From IMG/VR virus record IMGVR_UViG_3300028577_000006: a DNA stretch of 64,000 nucleotides. The stretch is one strand, 5' to 3'. Below, piece after piece: positions 9,960 to 19,594 of the stretch; position 1 is the first letter of the stretch; each line of letters opens with the position of its first letter. The stretch is from a virus (lineage: Duplodnaviria > Heunggongvirae > Uroviricota > Caudoviricetes). A model generated the notes under the pieces. It did no database searches. It worked only from the letters and a program-made list of their open reading frames with translations, and was not told the origin of the DNA. Both the position numbers and the translations under genes were made by a program.

Positions 9960-10373
9960 ATGAAGATCAAGCTCACCCGTCCCGACGGAACCGTGATCGA
10001 GGCCGAAGGCACCGTTGAAGAGTGTCAGACATTCGCGCTGGCGCTGAGCCCGTCTCCGACAGTAGCGCCGCAGCCGCTGACGATCTCGCCGCGCCCGATC
10101 CAGCAACAGTTCCCCTGGGAGCCGTGGCAAGTCGTCCCGTGGGTGCCGACCAACCCGCAGGATTGCCCTTGGGTGAACCCGACCACTCCGCAAACATGGC
10201 CAGGTACACATCCATGGGACCTGACGCCACACGTGTGGTGGGGTTCACCCCTGGGGGTGAATGCACCGACCGTCACGACCGACAGGATCTACATGACCGG
10301 ACCGCTTGTCACTTCTGGCTTCACAGGATATGCCGGCGTGCCAGGTGCCAGTACATCGTTCACGATGTGTTGA
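9960..10373 (+). CDS. Pro/Trp-rich low-complexity protein
   Basis: AAGGAG RBS; repeated PW units. Confidence 0.65.
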   Translation: MKIKLTRPDGTVIEAEGTVEECQTFALALSPSPTVAPQPLTISPRPIQQQFPWEPWQVVPWVPTNPQDCPWVNPTTPQTWPGTHPWDLTPHVWWGSPLGVNAPTVTTDRIYMTGPLVTSGFTGYAGVPGASTSFTMC

Positions 10374-11059
10374 TGAACAACACGCGTGGCATGTCGGAGC
10401 GATCCGGAGCGATCTCGGCTCGCCCCCTCGTGGAGGCAAGCAAGGAGCGCAGAGCGCCGTCGCAGGCCGAGCACAACGCAGCAGTCGACGCGCTTCAGGA
10501 CGCTCGTCTGGGCGTGTGCCGCATGGATGGTCCGAACGGTCCCGAGTGTTGGTGTGGCTCGCCATCGACGTACGAGTCCGGCGAGTGCGAGTACCACGGC
10601 GCGCAGGCCCAGCGCGCGCTCCAGTGCGATCGCGCGGAGAGAGAGCGCGACGAGGCTCTTGGCGCCCGTCTGCTCGCGGAGCAGCGTCTGGAAGCGACTG
10701 AGGAGCGAGGCAGGTTGATCGGCGAATGGAACGGCGCGCTGGTGCACACGGACGGCATGGTGGCGCTATTTGAACGGCTGGCGCGTGTGAGCGCATCGCC
10801 CGACATGCTTCGCAAAGAAGCCGCGCTTCTTCGTTCGCATGCGACCTACCTGCGCTCACGTCCCCCGCGTCCGTCTCCGTTCTCGGACAGCGACGAGCTG
10901 AGAGAGCTGCGTCGAACCGAGGCCGACGCAGCGGTCGCTCTGTTGCGCCACCGTGAATCACATCCCTTCGACGACGATGGCATCAAGCGTCTGCATCAGC
11001 TGTGGGCCAACGCCGCTGCGCGCGTGAACTCGATGGAAGCGAAGGCTCGCGGTGTCTGA
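10373..11059 (+). CDS. Hypothetical protein with Cys/His cluster
   Basis: TGATG coupling; CWCG...CEYH. Confidence 0.55.
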   Translation: MNNTRGMSERSGAISARPLVEASKERRAPSQAEHNAAVDALQDARLGVCRMDGPNGPECWCGSPSTYESGECEYHGAQAQRALQCDRAERERDEALGARLLAEQRLEATEERGRLIGEWNGALVHTDGMVALFERLARVSASPDMLRKEAALLRSHATYLRSRPPRPSPFSDSDELRELRRTEADAAVALLRHRESHPFDDDGIKRLHQLWANAAARVNSMEAKARGV

Positions 11060-11362
11060 GCCCGGACGAGATTGCCGAAGCTCGGCGGCCAAAATGAAGA
11101 TCGCGGACATCACGAAGCCGGAACAGCTCCGTGCGGCCCTCTCCGCGAAGAAGCTTTCGCACGGCGAGGCGATGTTGGTGGTCTTGCATCGGCGCAGGCG
11201 TCGGCTCACCGGAGCGATAAGTGACCAACTCTGAAATCTTCCGCGCCGTTGCGACGCGTGAGCTTTCGCCGGAGCAGGCAGTCGAGCTGATGATGGAGAG
11301 CGACGCGCGCGAACGCGATCGACTTCGTCCATCATGGCTGCCTGTTCTCGTGTGGCGGCTGC

Positions 11363-11698
11363 TTACGGCTTTCGCTTCGTAGTTCGCGCTCGGATCAGAT
11401 TCGCCATGCGCGTGGTGTCCGGTCCGTCGACCACGCAGGTGATGGTGTCCTGGCCCAGCAAGACGTGCAGCATGTCGTCGCCGTTGTCGCCGTTGGCACC
11501 GTCGCTTTGCCACGAGAGAAACGCTTTGGCGTTGCGGTAGGCGAGGATCTCCTTCGTGCCCTCCCAGAGCGGGCCGCCATCAGCGTCTTCGATGATGGCT
11601 GCCTCGCCCCAGAGGCCGCGGATGATCGCGACGACGGTCGGTCGGTGGCTGATCGGATCTGCGGCCTTGAAGAAGATGTCCTCGCCCCCGGGCAGCAT
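11363..11698 (-). CDS. Hypothetical protein
   Basis: TGATG-coupled to dnaK. Confidence 0.6.
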   Translation of the reverse strand: MLPGGEDIFFKAADPISHRPTVVAIIRGLWGEAAIIEDADGGPLWEGTKEILAYRNAKAFLSWQSDGANGDNGDDMLHVLLGQDTITCVVDGPDTTRMANLIRARTTKRKP

Positions 11699-13575
11699 CA
11701 GTTCGAGGTCTCTTCCTCGATCTCGCCCTCGATGATGTCGTCCTTGCCGCCCTTCTTCGGCGCGTCGTCGGTGGGCGTGGTGTTGCTGTACACCATGTTC
11801 GCGATCTCGCTCATCAGCTGCTCCACGTCGGCCATCCCCTGCTTGATGTCGCCGTGGTTGCGCTCGTCGATCGCCTTGCGGAGCGACGCGACCTTCTGTT
11901 CGACCGCAGCGATCTTGTCGGCCGGCAGCTTGTCCTTCACGTCCGCCAGCGACTTCTCGACGCCGTAGCAGAGCTGGTCCGCCTTGTTGCGTGTCTCGAC
12001 CTCGGCGCGCCGCTGCGAGTCTTCTGCCTCGTTCTCGGCGCCCTCACGCACCATGCGCTCGACCTCGTCCTTCGAGAGGCCGCTGCCGGCGGTGATCGTG
12101 ATGCGCTGGTCCTTGCCGGTCGCCTCGTCCTTCGCGGTGACCGAGAGGATGCCGTTGGCGTCGATGTCGAAGATGACCTTGATCTTCGGCACGCCGCGCG
12201 GCGCGGGCATGATGCCTTCGAGGTGAAAGCGTCCGAGCGAGCGGTTGTTCCGTGCCTCGGCGCGCTCGCCCTGAAGGGCGTGGATCTCGACCTTCGGCTG
12301 CCGGTCTTCGGCGGTAGAGAACGTCTCGGACTTGCTCACGGGGATCGTGGTGTTGCGTGGGATGAGCACGGTCATCACGCCGCCGAGTGTCTCGACTCCG
12401 AGAGAGAGCGGCGTGACGTCGAGCAGGACGACATCCTTCACTTCACCGCTGAGCACGCCACCCTGGATGGCGGCGCCGATCGCCACGACCTCGTCCGGGT
12501 TCACGCCCTTGTGCGGCTCCTTGCCGAAATACTTCTTCACGCACTCCTGCACGAGCGGGATGCGGGTCGAGCCGCCGACCAGCACGACTTCGTCGATCTG
12601 CGACGGCTCCTTCTTCGCGTCCGCGAGCGCGCGCTTGGTGGCCTGCATGGCGCGATCGACGAGCGGACCGATCATCGCTTCGAGCTTCGCGCGCGAGAGC
12701 TTCATGTTCAGGTGCTTTGGACCTGACGCGTCGGCGCTGAGGAACGGCATGTTCAGCGTCGTCTCCAGCTTGCTGGAAAGCTCGATCTTGGCCTTCTCGG
12801 CCTCGGTCTTCAGACGCTGGACGGCGGTCTTGTCCTTCGTGACGTCGATGCCGGTGTCCTTCTTGAACTGCTGCACGAGGAAGTCGACGATCTGATGATC
12901 GACGTCGTCGCCGCCGAGATGCGTGTCGCCGTTCGTGCTGATGACCTGCACGACCTTGCCGCCCACTTCGAGCACGCTGATGTCGAACGTGCCGCCGCCG
13001 AAGTCGAACACGGCGATGACCTTGTCGCCCGTCTCGTCGAGGCCGTACGCGAGCGCCGCCGCAGTCGGCTCGTTGACGATGCGCTTGACGTCGAGGCCGG
13101 CGATCTTGCCAGCGTCCTTCGTCGCCTGGCGCTGCGCGTCGTTGAAGTACGCAGGCACGGTGATGACCGCCTCGGTCACTTCGACGCCCAGGTGATCTTC
13201 CGCCGCCTTCTTCAGCTTGCGCAGGACGTGAGCGCTCACTTCGGGCGGCGACATCTCCTTGCCGTTGACGTTGAAGCCGCTGTCGCCGTTGCTGCGGCGC
13301 ACGACCTTGTACGGCACGCGCTTGCTCTCTTCGGTCACTTCCTCGAACTTGCGGCCGACGAAGCGCTTGGCCGAGTAGATCGTGCCCTCGGGGTTCGTCA
13401 CCGCCTGGCGCTTGGCGACGTTGCCGACGAAGACTTCGCCGCTGTCGTCCCAGCCGACGACCGAGGGCGTCACGCGATCGCCCTCCTCGTTCACGATGAC
13501 GATGGCGGTCTTGCCGTCCATGACGGCGACCACCGAGTTCGTGGTCCCCAGATCGATGCCGATGATTTTGCCCAT
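11698..13575 (-). CDS. dnaK: Hsp70 chaperone DnaK
   Basis: [59 protein letters not shown]; AGGA RBS. Confidence 0.98.
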   Translation of the reverse strand: MGKIIGIDLGTTNSVVAVMDGKTAIVIVNEEGDRVTPSVVGWDDSGEVFVGNVAKRQAVTNPEGTIYSAKRFVGRKFEEVTEESKRVPYKVVRRSNGDSGFNVNGKEMSPPEVSAHVLRKLKKAAEDHLGVEVTEAVITVPAYFNDAQRQATKDAGKIAGLDVKRIVNEPTAAALAYGLDETGDKVIAVFDFGGGTFDISVLEVGGKVVQVISTNGDTHLGGDDVDHQIVDFLVQQFKKDTGIDVTKDKTAVQRLKTEAEKAKIELSSKLETTLNMPFLSADASGPKHLNMKLSRAKLEAMIGPLVDRAMQATKRALADAKKEPSQIDEVVLVGGSTRIPLVQECVKKYFGKEPHKGVNPDEVVAIGAAIQGGVLSGEVKDVVLLDVTPLSLGVETLGGVMTVLIPRNTTIPVSKSETFSTAEDRQPKVEIHALQGERAEARNNRSLGRFHLEGIMPAPRGVPKIKVIFDIDANGILSVTAKDEATGKDQRITITAGSGLSKDEVERMVREGAENEAEDSQRRAEVETRNKADQLCYGVEKSLADVKDKLPADKIAAVEQKVASLRKAIDERNHGDIKQGMADVEQLMSEIANMVYSNTTPTDDAPKKGGKDDIIEGEIEEETSN

Positions 13576-13591
13576 TCCTAGACCTTTCGGA

Positions 13592-13625
13592 TGTCCGACA
13601 GTACGCATCTGGACGGATTCGTCAA
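13592..13625 (-). promoter_or_regulatory. dnaK promoter TTGACG-N16-TACTGT overlapped by a TGTCGGACA box
   Basis: Read directly on the minus strand. Confidence 0.65.
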
Positions 13626-13761
13626 GATGCGCGCGCCCTTGCGAGAGGAGTGTGTCGTAAGCTATTGACGGCCGGTTGTCCATCCCCTAGTACAGCGATG
13701 GGCCCGCCGACGGGAGCAGACGTGTCGTGTCGGACGATCGTAAGGGCACCGTCACTGATTA

Positions 13762-14193
13762 TCAGCCGAGCTTCTTCGGCCTGCTTTGCTTGCCCTGGCA
13801 TCGGACGCACTGGATGTCGAGCTTGCCGTAGCGGATGGGATTGGCGAAGACGTACTCGCCGATCTTGTCGGCCCGTCGCTCTGCGCTCTTCGGCAGGCGC
13901 TTGCCGAGCCGCCGCTGCGCTTCGCGCGTGCCGTATCGGTGATCGATCGCGTGTCCCATCTCGTGGACGACAAGTCCCTCGATGTATGCATCGGGCAGTT
14001 CCTCGATCTTCTGCGCAAAGGCGATCTTGATGGGCAAGTCCACCGTGCAGTAGCCGAACTGCCGTTCGGAGCCGTGTCCGTTGTCGCCGCCGGCCGCTTC
14101 ATCGTGATGAAGCTCGATGACGCCGAAGTCCGGGAACTGCTCTTCGAGAGTGTCGAACAGGCGATCGAAGATGACGCGCGTGCGCTTGAGCAT
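13762..14193 (-). CDS. Small zincin-like metallopeptidase, probably leaderless
   Basis: VVHEMGH...AERRAD; TAGACT lies 6 nt before the ATG. Confidence 0.7.
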   Translation of the reverse strand: MLKRTRVIFDRLFDTLEEQFPDFGVIELHHDEAAGGDNGHGSERQFGYCTVDLPIKIAFAQKIEELPDAYIEGLVVHEMGHAIDHRYGTREAQRRLGKRLPKSAERRADKIGEYVFANPIRYGKLDIQCVRCQGKQSRPKKLG

Positions 14194-14202
14194 GCCTCAA
14201 GT

Positions 14203-14433
14203 CTAGCGTCGAACGTTCCGAACGCCGAGCGGGCGGTTCGCTTTGAAGCTCACGACGAACGGCTGCCCATCAACCTGGCTCACGACGACCCAGGCGAGCA
14301 CCCCGCACTCGCACCCGTACGGATCACCCACTGGCGGCTCATCGTCTGTGGCGGCGGCCTCTCTGAGGCTGAGCGGCGCATTGCACGCGGGACACCGCGC
14401 GCGCAGTCGGCGAGCGGAGCCCCGCGGCTTCAC
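14203..14433 (-). CDS. Zinc-ribbon protein
   Basis: CPAC...CECG. Confidence 0.5.
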   Translation of the reverse strand: MKPRGSARRLRARCPACNAPLSLREAAATDDEPPVGDPYGCECGVLAWVVVSQVDGQPFVVSFKANRPLGVRNVRR

Positions 14434-15260
14434 GTTCTGACACCAACGAAGTTGCCGTCGCCGTCGACTACGACTCCGGCGCCGGGGTTGATGTTGTGCA
14501 GGCCGCACTGGTCGAGCACGGCACGGCCTTGCTCTCCACCCAGCTGGAGGTCGATGGCAGCGGCATCCATCTGCATCGAGACCATCAGGCGTAGGATGAG
14601 TTCGGGCCAGGTCTTCGGGTCCCAGCCGTCACGCATGTCGGCTTTGATCTGTGTCCGGATGCGGTCGAGCAGGTCTGGGCTCTGCGCGCGATCTTCCCCA
14701 CGTTCGATCGCCGCTGCTTCTTCCGCGGCGATCTCGTCGTTCATGGCGAACAGCTGCTGCACGTCGACCATCGAGCCGGTCGTTGGCTCCTCTGGCAGAT
14801 CAAGATCGTCTTGCGCTTCTTGCGCTTCGACGGGTGCCGGTATCCGAATGTTGCGTGTCGGCACCCCAGCGAGAGGCTTGCTCGGATCGAGCGTGGGGCC
14901 GTAAGCGGCGATCGCTTCGGCAAGTGTCTGTGGTGGGAACTGTACACGCTCTGCCCGTACCCAAGGATGCGCCTCGCTCATCACCGGCGGCATCGCCGCT
15001 TCCTCCACACGTGCGAGCGGCGTAGCGGCGTCGCCGTAGAATGACGCGTGCTGTGCGATCGCCGGCATGTTTGCGGCGGAGAGGGCCGCAACCGCCATGC
15101 CCTGCTTGATGCCTTCGCCGTAGGACATGGCCTCCAGCTTCTGCATGTTGCGCATGACCTCGCTCAACGTCGTCTTGGGCAACGACGGCAGCAAGCGCAG
15201 GTAGATCTCCGCTCGAAGCGTCTCGTAGAGACGTTCGTCTTCTCCTAGGCGAAAGCGCAT
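14430..15260 (-). CDS. Hypothetical protein
   Basis: Long ORF within an operon. Confidence 0.65.
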   Translation of the reverse strand: MRFRLGEDERLYETLRAEIYLRLLPSLPKTTLSEVMRNMQKLEAMSYGEGIKQGMAVAALSAANMPAIAQHASFYGDAATPLARVEEAAMPPVMSEAHPWVRAERVQFPPQTLAEAIAAYGPTLDPSKPLAGVPTRNIRIPAPVEAQEAQDDLDLPEEPTTGSMVDVQQLFAMNDEIAAEEAAAIERGEDRAQSPDLLDRIRTQIKADMRDGWDPKTWPELILRLMVSMQMDAAAIDLQLGGEQGRAVLDQCGLHNINPGAGVVVDGDGNFVGVRT

Positions 15261-15264
15261 GGCG

Positions 15265-15516
15265 TCAGTCGCTGTCGAGGTCGTCGAAGAGGTCCGGCAC
15301 GCCGCCCTCGGCATCGCCGAATGCGCTGTCGATGCCCTCGTCGTCTTCGTGCCCATGCTCGGACGCCGTCATCGCCGTCGCCTTGCTGAACGCGATGATC
15401 CAGTTGCCGAGGCTGCGGGGCCGCTGATCGAGACAGTCCATGATGTCGTCGCGGTGCGCGTCGAACCATTCTTCGAACTCTTCTCGGATCAGCGTCGCGG
15501 TCTTCGTGTTTGCCAT
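15265..15516 (-). CDS. Small acidic protein
   Basis: D/E-rich C-terminus. Confidence 0.55.
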   Translation of the reverse strand: MANTKTATLIREEFEEWFDAHRDDIMDCLDQRPRSLGNWIIAFSKATAMTASEHGHEDDEGIDSAFGDAEGGVPDLFDDLDSD

Positions 15517-15555
15517 GCGGGGAGGATGAGCACGAAGTGTCCGTCGTTGCAAGCC

Positions 15556-16236
15556 TCAGCCGCCGTTCTGTTCCTTCATCCATGACCGCATCGTCTGAAG
15601 ACGCGGTGGCATCTGACCCTTCGGAGTCGTCGCTGCCTCTTCGCGCGTCCAGCCGTTGGCGATGCGGGCGTGGATGCCCTGTCGCGATACGCCCGTTTCG
15701 GCGATCACGAGGGGGTTCGCGACGATGTCGCAGCGCCTGCACTTCTTGTTGCCGCGCTTGCTTCGAACATAGGCAAGGCACGCGACCGATTTTCTGTTGC
15801 ACTTGGTGCACCGGAGCACGACCTGTTGGCCATCGACTTCGAGAATCTCGTGCGAGCCGAATACCGTTCCGACCAGCTTCTGCGCCCCGTTGAGCTTGCA
15901 GCGCAGGCACTTCTTCGTGTGTCCGTACATCAGCGCGCCACGCATCACCATCTTCTCGGTACCGCAGTCGCAGCGACAGAACGCGTCCTGCCCACCGGGA
16001 TACGCATCAACGACGGTCCATGAGCCGAAGCGCTGACCGTTGACCATCCGCCGGTCGGCTTTGCTCCAGCACGCCCGGCAGGACTTGGCTGTGTCGAGGC
16101 TGCCGCGCGCGACGTGTTTCACGACGCCGCAGTCACAGCGACATAGCGAGCGCAGGTTGTCTCCGGGCGGGTAGGCGACCAGGACGGTCCAGGCGCCGAA
16201 GCGATCGCCGTCAGCGTATTTGCGAGCTGTCGTCAT
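15556..16236 (-). CDS. Homing-endonuclease-associated DNA-binding protein (three Zn-ribbon repeats plus C-terminal HTH)
   Basis: Three G..FG....(V/L)...RC.C/RC..C repeats; C-terminal 'GVSRQGIHARIANGWTREEAATTP'. Confidence 0.65.
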   Translation of the reverse strand: MTTARKYADGDRFGAWTVLVAYPPGDNLRSLCRCDCGVVKHVARGSLDTAKSCRACWSKADRRMVNGQRFGSWTVVDAYPGGQDAFCRCDCGTEKMVMRGALMYGHTKKCLRCKLNGAQKLVGTVFGSHEILEVDGQQVVLRCTKCNRKSVACLAYVRSKRGNKKCRRCDIVANPLVIAETGVSRQGIHARIANGWTREEAATTPKGQMPPRLQTMRSWMKEQNGG

Positions 16237-16631
16237 GAGCCTCTGATCTTTGCGAGCCACCACTCACGCACCTGGTCGTCGTCGAAGTGCAGCACCGAGC
16301 GAAGGTAGCGATGAAGGAGCAGTAGGCCGGTTGGCGCCACCGCGCCAATCACTGCGCCCCAGCCAGCACAGTGCACGCTGGCCAGCACCTGACGACCGAG
16401 CAGGGAGTTGATGCCATCACTCGTGAAGCCGCACGCCATGAAGCCGACGACGAGCATGGCGACGGTGGCGAACCAAAACAGGCAACCAGACGAGCCTTCG
16501 ATGACAGCTTCTGTAGCCGGCTGCTCGGCCATCGTGTCCGCCGCGAAGTGACGCAGTGGTCGCAGCGGAGAGAAGACCTCCGTTTTGGGACGAGGCGGCG
16601 CCTGCGAGGCGCGATAGGTATCGTCGCTCAC
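16233..16631 (-). CDS. Hypothetical membrane protein
   Basis: Two hydrophobic segments; coupled ORF. Confidence 0.55.
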   Translation of the reverse strand: MSDDTYRASQAPPRPKTEVFSPLRPLRHFAADTMAEQPATEAVIEGSSGCLFWFATVAMLVVGFMACGFTSDGINSLLGRQVLASVHCAGWGAVIGAVAPTGLLLLHRYLRSVLHFDDDQVREWWLAKIRGS

Positions 16632-16930
16632 GGCTTCTTGCCCGGGCCCACGATGGTGAGACGGGTGATCGTCTGCGGCACGACGATCGGGCTGCTTATG
16701 GTATGGAGGCCTCCGGAGAGCCTGATCTCGTCGCCCGACCGCGCAGCGAGAACGGCACGGTCGAGCGTGGCGAAGGGCTTGCGGTCGTTGCCACGGATTC
16801 CGGTGGCATCGTCGCCCTCGATCGGGTTGACGTGCAGCACGCGCGGGCGCGAGAGCGCCGCCATGACTGTGCCGAACAGGAAAAGAGCGAGTCCAATCGC
16901 TAGGAAGAGCCAACCGACCGTGCCGAGCAT
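16628..16930 (-). CDS. Membrane-anchored short DUF1565/beta-helix N-terminal-like protein
   Basis: TM followed by 'HVNPIEGDD.TG...KPFATLDRAV..ARSGDEIRL..G'. Confidence 0.55.
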   Translation of the reverse strand: MLGTVGWLFLAIGLALFLFGTVMAALSRPRVLHVNPIEGDDATGIRGNDRKPFATLDRAVLAARSGDEIRLSGGLHTISSPIVVPQTITRLTIVGPGKKP

Positions 16931-16994
16931 GCGACACACTCGCACGACTGTCAGACAGTGGCAAGCCCATAGGCGGTTGCGGTAGCCTTCGTGC

Positions 16995-18014
16995 ATGTCC
17001 TACCGTGGCCCTGGATTGCCGTTGCACGACCTGCGCCTCGGGCCAGGATCGAGCTTTCGGACGGTCAACGCGTTTCCGATTCCAGCGTGGCACGTGGACC
17101 CGATGTCGCTCGGCGCCGCGCCCGCGCCGTCTTGGACGTCGATCTACAAGCTGGCCCCACAGCCCGGCGCTTTCGTCCGTACAGAGCGCGCCTTCCCCAT
17201 CAAGACGTCCCTGCTTCCACGTGAGGCGTACGCCTTCGGCTTGGGTCAGACGGGGGTGTCGGCCTTGGACATCGCTGACGCTCACCTCGCGACCGACGCT
17301 GGAATCCCTGTCCCCGTCCTTCGCGCGATCCGGAGCGTCGAGAGCGGCACGAGTCCCGCTGCCGTGCGCTTCGAGCCGCACCTCTACTGGCGCGCGAAGC
17401 TCAACATGAGCACGGGTGCGACCGGTCCGCAGATCGCAGCGCGCATTCCATCCGGAGGTCAGGCGCAGGTGCCGTACACGCCGGGACCCACGCGCGCCGC
17501 ATCAGCGGTCGCGGCCGAGACGAATCGCGCGGCGTTCAACCGAGCCTTCGCGCTTTCGCCGACGATCGCGGTGCAGTCGACGAGCTGGGGCAGCTATCAG
17601 GTGCTCGGCAACCGCCTGCTGCCGATGTTCAGCAACGACGCGCAGCGTGCAGTGCAGGCCTTCGACGCGAATCCGGCTCAGATCAGCGAGCGCCTCTTGG
17701 TGTCGTGGATGAACGCGAGCCCAATCGCGCGCATGTACGCTCGCTCGCTCGACTTCGCGAACTTCGCGCATCGCTACAACGGCTGCGCGATGCCGTGCGA
17801 TCTGTACGCTGGACGCTTGCAGGCGGCGTATAACGTTGCGCTGCCGGCGTGGCGCGCAGTGCAGTCGCAGGTCGAGAGCGCGACCGGCACTTCGACTCCG
17901 GCTGCGTGGCCGACATGGGCGCCTTGGGCGATCGGCGGCGGCGCCGGAGCGCTTGGTCTCGGCGCGATCGGCCTTGGCGTCTGGGCGTACATGCGCCGCC
18001 GCCGTGCGTCATGA
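16995..18014 (+). CDS. N-acetylmuramidase (DUF3380-type) with C-terminal TM and Arg tail
   Basis: AIRSVESG, RFEPH, STSWGSYQVLG, DFANFAHRYNG; ends GGGAGALGLGAIGLGVWAYMRRRRAS. Confidence 0.85.
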   Translation: MSYRGPGLPLHDLRLGPGSSFRTVNAFPIPAWHVDPMSLGAAPAPSWTSIYKLAPQPGAFVRTERAFPIKTSLLPREAYAFGLGQTGVSALDIADAHLATDAGIPVPVLRAIRSVESGTSPAAVRFEPHLYWRAKLNMSTGATGPQIAARIPSGGQAQVPYTPGPTRAASAVAAETNRAAFNRAFALSPTIAVQSTSWGSYQVLGNRLLPMFSNDAQRAVQAFDANPAQISERLLVSWMNASPIARMYARSLDFANFAHRYNGCAMPCDLYAGRLQAAYNVALPAWRAVQSQVESATGTSTPAAWPTWAPWAIGGGAGALGLGAIGLGVWAYMRRRRAS

Positions 18015-18337
18015 GCGTAGCCCCGGTTGAAGAATGGGCTCGCCTCTACAAGGCCGAGCGCGAGATTGCCGTTGGCGCTGCTGTCTGCCGGTGGATGGAC
18101 GATGCGATGCGGGCCGGCGACATGGATGACATCGATCGCGTGCTGTCGACGATCGACATGTCGACGATCGGCCCAGCGGCCTCGCTCGGCCTGGCCGTGT
18201 GGTCTGTGCCGGTGCGCGCGCAGCTGCGCGAGCGGACGATGTACATCATCAGGCTCACGACGTATCTGCGCGGCGAAGTCGGCAACGAGCGCGCGTGGAG
18301 CCTCATGCGCTTCGCTCGCGAGGAAGAGAAGCCGTGA
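18011..18337 (+). CDS. Hypothetical protein
   Basis: ATGA coupling. Confidence 0.6.
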   Translation: MSVAPVEEWARLYKAEREIAVGAAVCRWMDDAMRAGDMDDIDRVLSTIDMSTIGPAASLGLAVWSVPVRAQLRERTMYIIRLTTYLRGEVGNERAWSLMRFAREEEKP

Positions 18338-18591
18338 AGGAAAAGCTGAACCGCGTCTGGAGTGCGCTCATCGCTCTTGGCGCGAAGGGCGTCGAAATCA
18401 CGCATCTCGAAGACGAAGACGTGATGCGCGTGAAGGCGCTTCTCTCTAGGGGCAAGATGCAGTCGAACTTCTGGTTCTATCTGCCGGGCGCGTACGTACG
18501 TGCACGAGAGCCGGCGGAGATCGCCGCCGAAGCCTTCTCGGCGTTGCGCGCGGAAGCGGAGTCCGTGTTCGATCAGCTGTGTGTGCGCTGA
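18334..18591 (+). CDS. Hypothetical protein
   Basis: GTGA coupling. Confidence 0.55.
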   Translation: MKEKLNRVWSALIALGAKGVEITHLEDEDVMRVKALLSRGKMQSNFWFYLPGAYVRAREPAEIAAEAFSALRAEAESVFDQLCVR

Positions 18592-18884
18592 TTAAACTGG
18601 GCGCGCTTCCGATCGACGTCGGCCCAGCACTCTTCTTCCGTCTTTGCGAAGTAGGCGAGCGTCGCCTTGTGGCTGGCCCACGCGTCGGTGTTCGGTCGTG
18701 TCTGGTAGCGCATCGCGTACGTGCCGGTCAGGAAGTCGTACGGGAGCAGTCCGGCGTCGTGGCATTCGTCGCACCAGAAGTCCGACACTGGCGCCGGGAG
18801 GCAGCATAGCGGTGCCTCGCGCTTGCACACGCAGCACGGCCCGATGATTTCGTTCCCGTCGTGGTCGAGGTGTCCGCGGTTCAT
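18573..18884 (-). CDS. Cys-rich hypothetical protein
   Basis: CCVC...CDEC. Confidence 0.55.
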   Translation of the reverse strand: MNRGHLDHDGNEIIGPCCVCKREAPLCCLPAPVSDFWCDECHDAGLLPYDFLTGTYAMRYQTRPNTDAWASHKATLAYFAKTEEECWADVDRKRAQFNQRTHS

Positions 18885-19096
18885 GCGGACACGTCCTCGG
18901 CAAGCGTCCAGCCTTCGTCGAGCGCGAGAAGCTCGACGCGCCACACGAAGAAGCGCTCGCCCGGCTTCACGGTCTCGCGCATCTCATCGGCCTCGTCCCA
19001 GAACGCATCGAGCGCCAGGCGCATGTTCACGTCGTCGAAGTCGTCGTCATCCCACGCGGGAACGTGGACTTCTTCCAGGTACGGCTCGAAGGTCAT
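18881..19096 (-). CDS. Small acidic protein
   Basis: Coupled to neighbours at both ends. Confidence 0.55.
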   Translation of the reverse strand: MTFEPYLEEVHVPAWDDDDFDDVNMRLALDAFWDEADEMRETVKPGERFFVWRVELLALDEGWTLAEDVSA

Positions 19097-19163
19097 CACT
19101 TGCTCGCGCCGCCCGTCTTCGTCTTGCTCATGAAGACATGGTGGCCACGACACACCCCGAGCG

Positions 19164-19592
19164 TCAAGGAGCGACGAGCGAAGCGACGGGGATGCCCAGC
19201 TCGGCGTTGAGCGCACGGATCATCGCAAGCGTGAGTGGCCGTTTCCCGTTCATGATCTCCCAGACCCTGGCCCGGGTGCCGAGCAGGCCTTCGAGATCTC
19301 GTTCTGTTTTTCCAGACTGCTCAAGTCGGAAGCGGATAGCTTCGATCGGGTTTGGAGGCCCGACCGGGAACTTTTCGCGCTCGTAGGCCACGACCAGTGT
19401 CGCAAGGATGTCGAGAGCTTCCCCCTTGGCAGTGCCCGGCTCTGCGCCCCACAGGCGTTCGATCTGGGCAAGCGCTTCGCGGTGGTCACGGGCGCAGTGA
19501 ATCGGGCGCAGTTCGAGATCGTTTCGAACCGAGCGCGACGTGCGCTTCCTAGACGTGCGCTTCTGAGAAACGGCAACTCTTGCGGCGTACAT
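19164..19592 (-). CDS. higA: HigA-type HTH antitoxin
   Basis: ELRPI...ALAQIERLW.AEPGT..LDILATLV.AYE; PIEAIRFRLEQ...NGKRPLTLAMIRAL. Confidence 0.9.
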   Translation of the reverse strand: MYAARVAVSQKRTSRKRTSRSVRNDLELRPIHCARDHREALAQIERLWGAEPGTAKGEALDILATLVVAYEREKFPVGPPNPIEAIRFRLEQSGKTERDLEGLLGTRARVWEIMNGKRPLTLAMIRALNAELGIPVASLVAP

Positions 19593-19594
19593 GA

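Noticed and set aside
13587-13598. dnaK leader TCGG-ACAT-CCGA as a ninth ACA hairpin
   Set aside because: The loop size and register differ and it overlaps the -10/start region, so it would not be fully transcribed. The TGTCNGACA box explains it.
13576-13683. 36-aa N-terminal extension of DnaK in the ORF track
   Set aside because: Canonical [10 protein letters not shown] starts at 13575 with an RBS; the extension spans the promoter.
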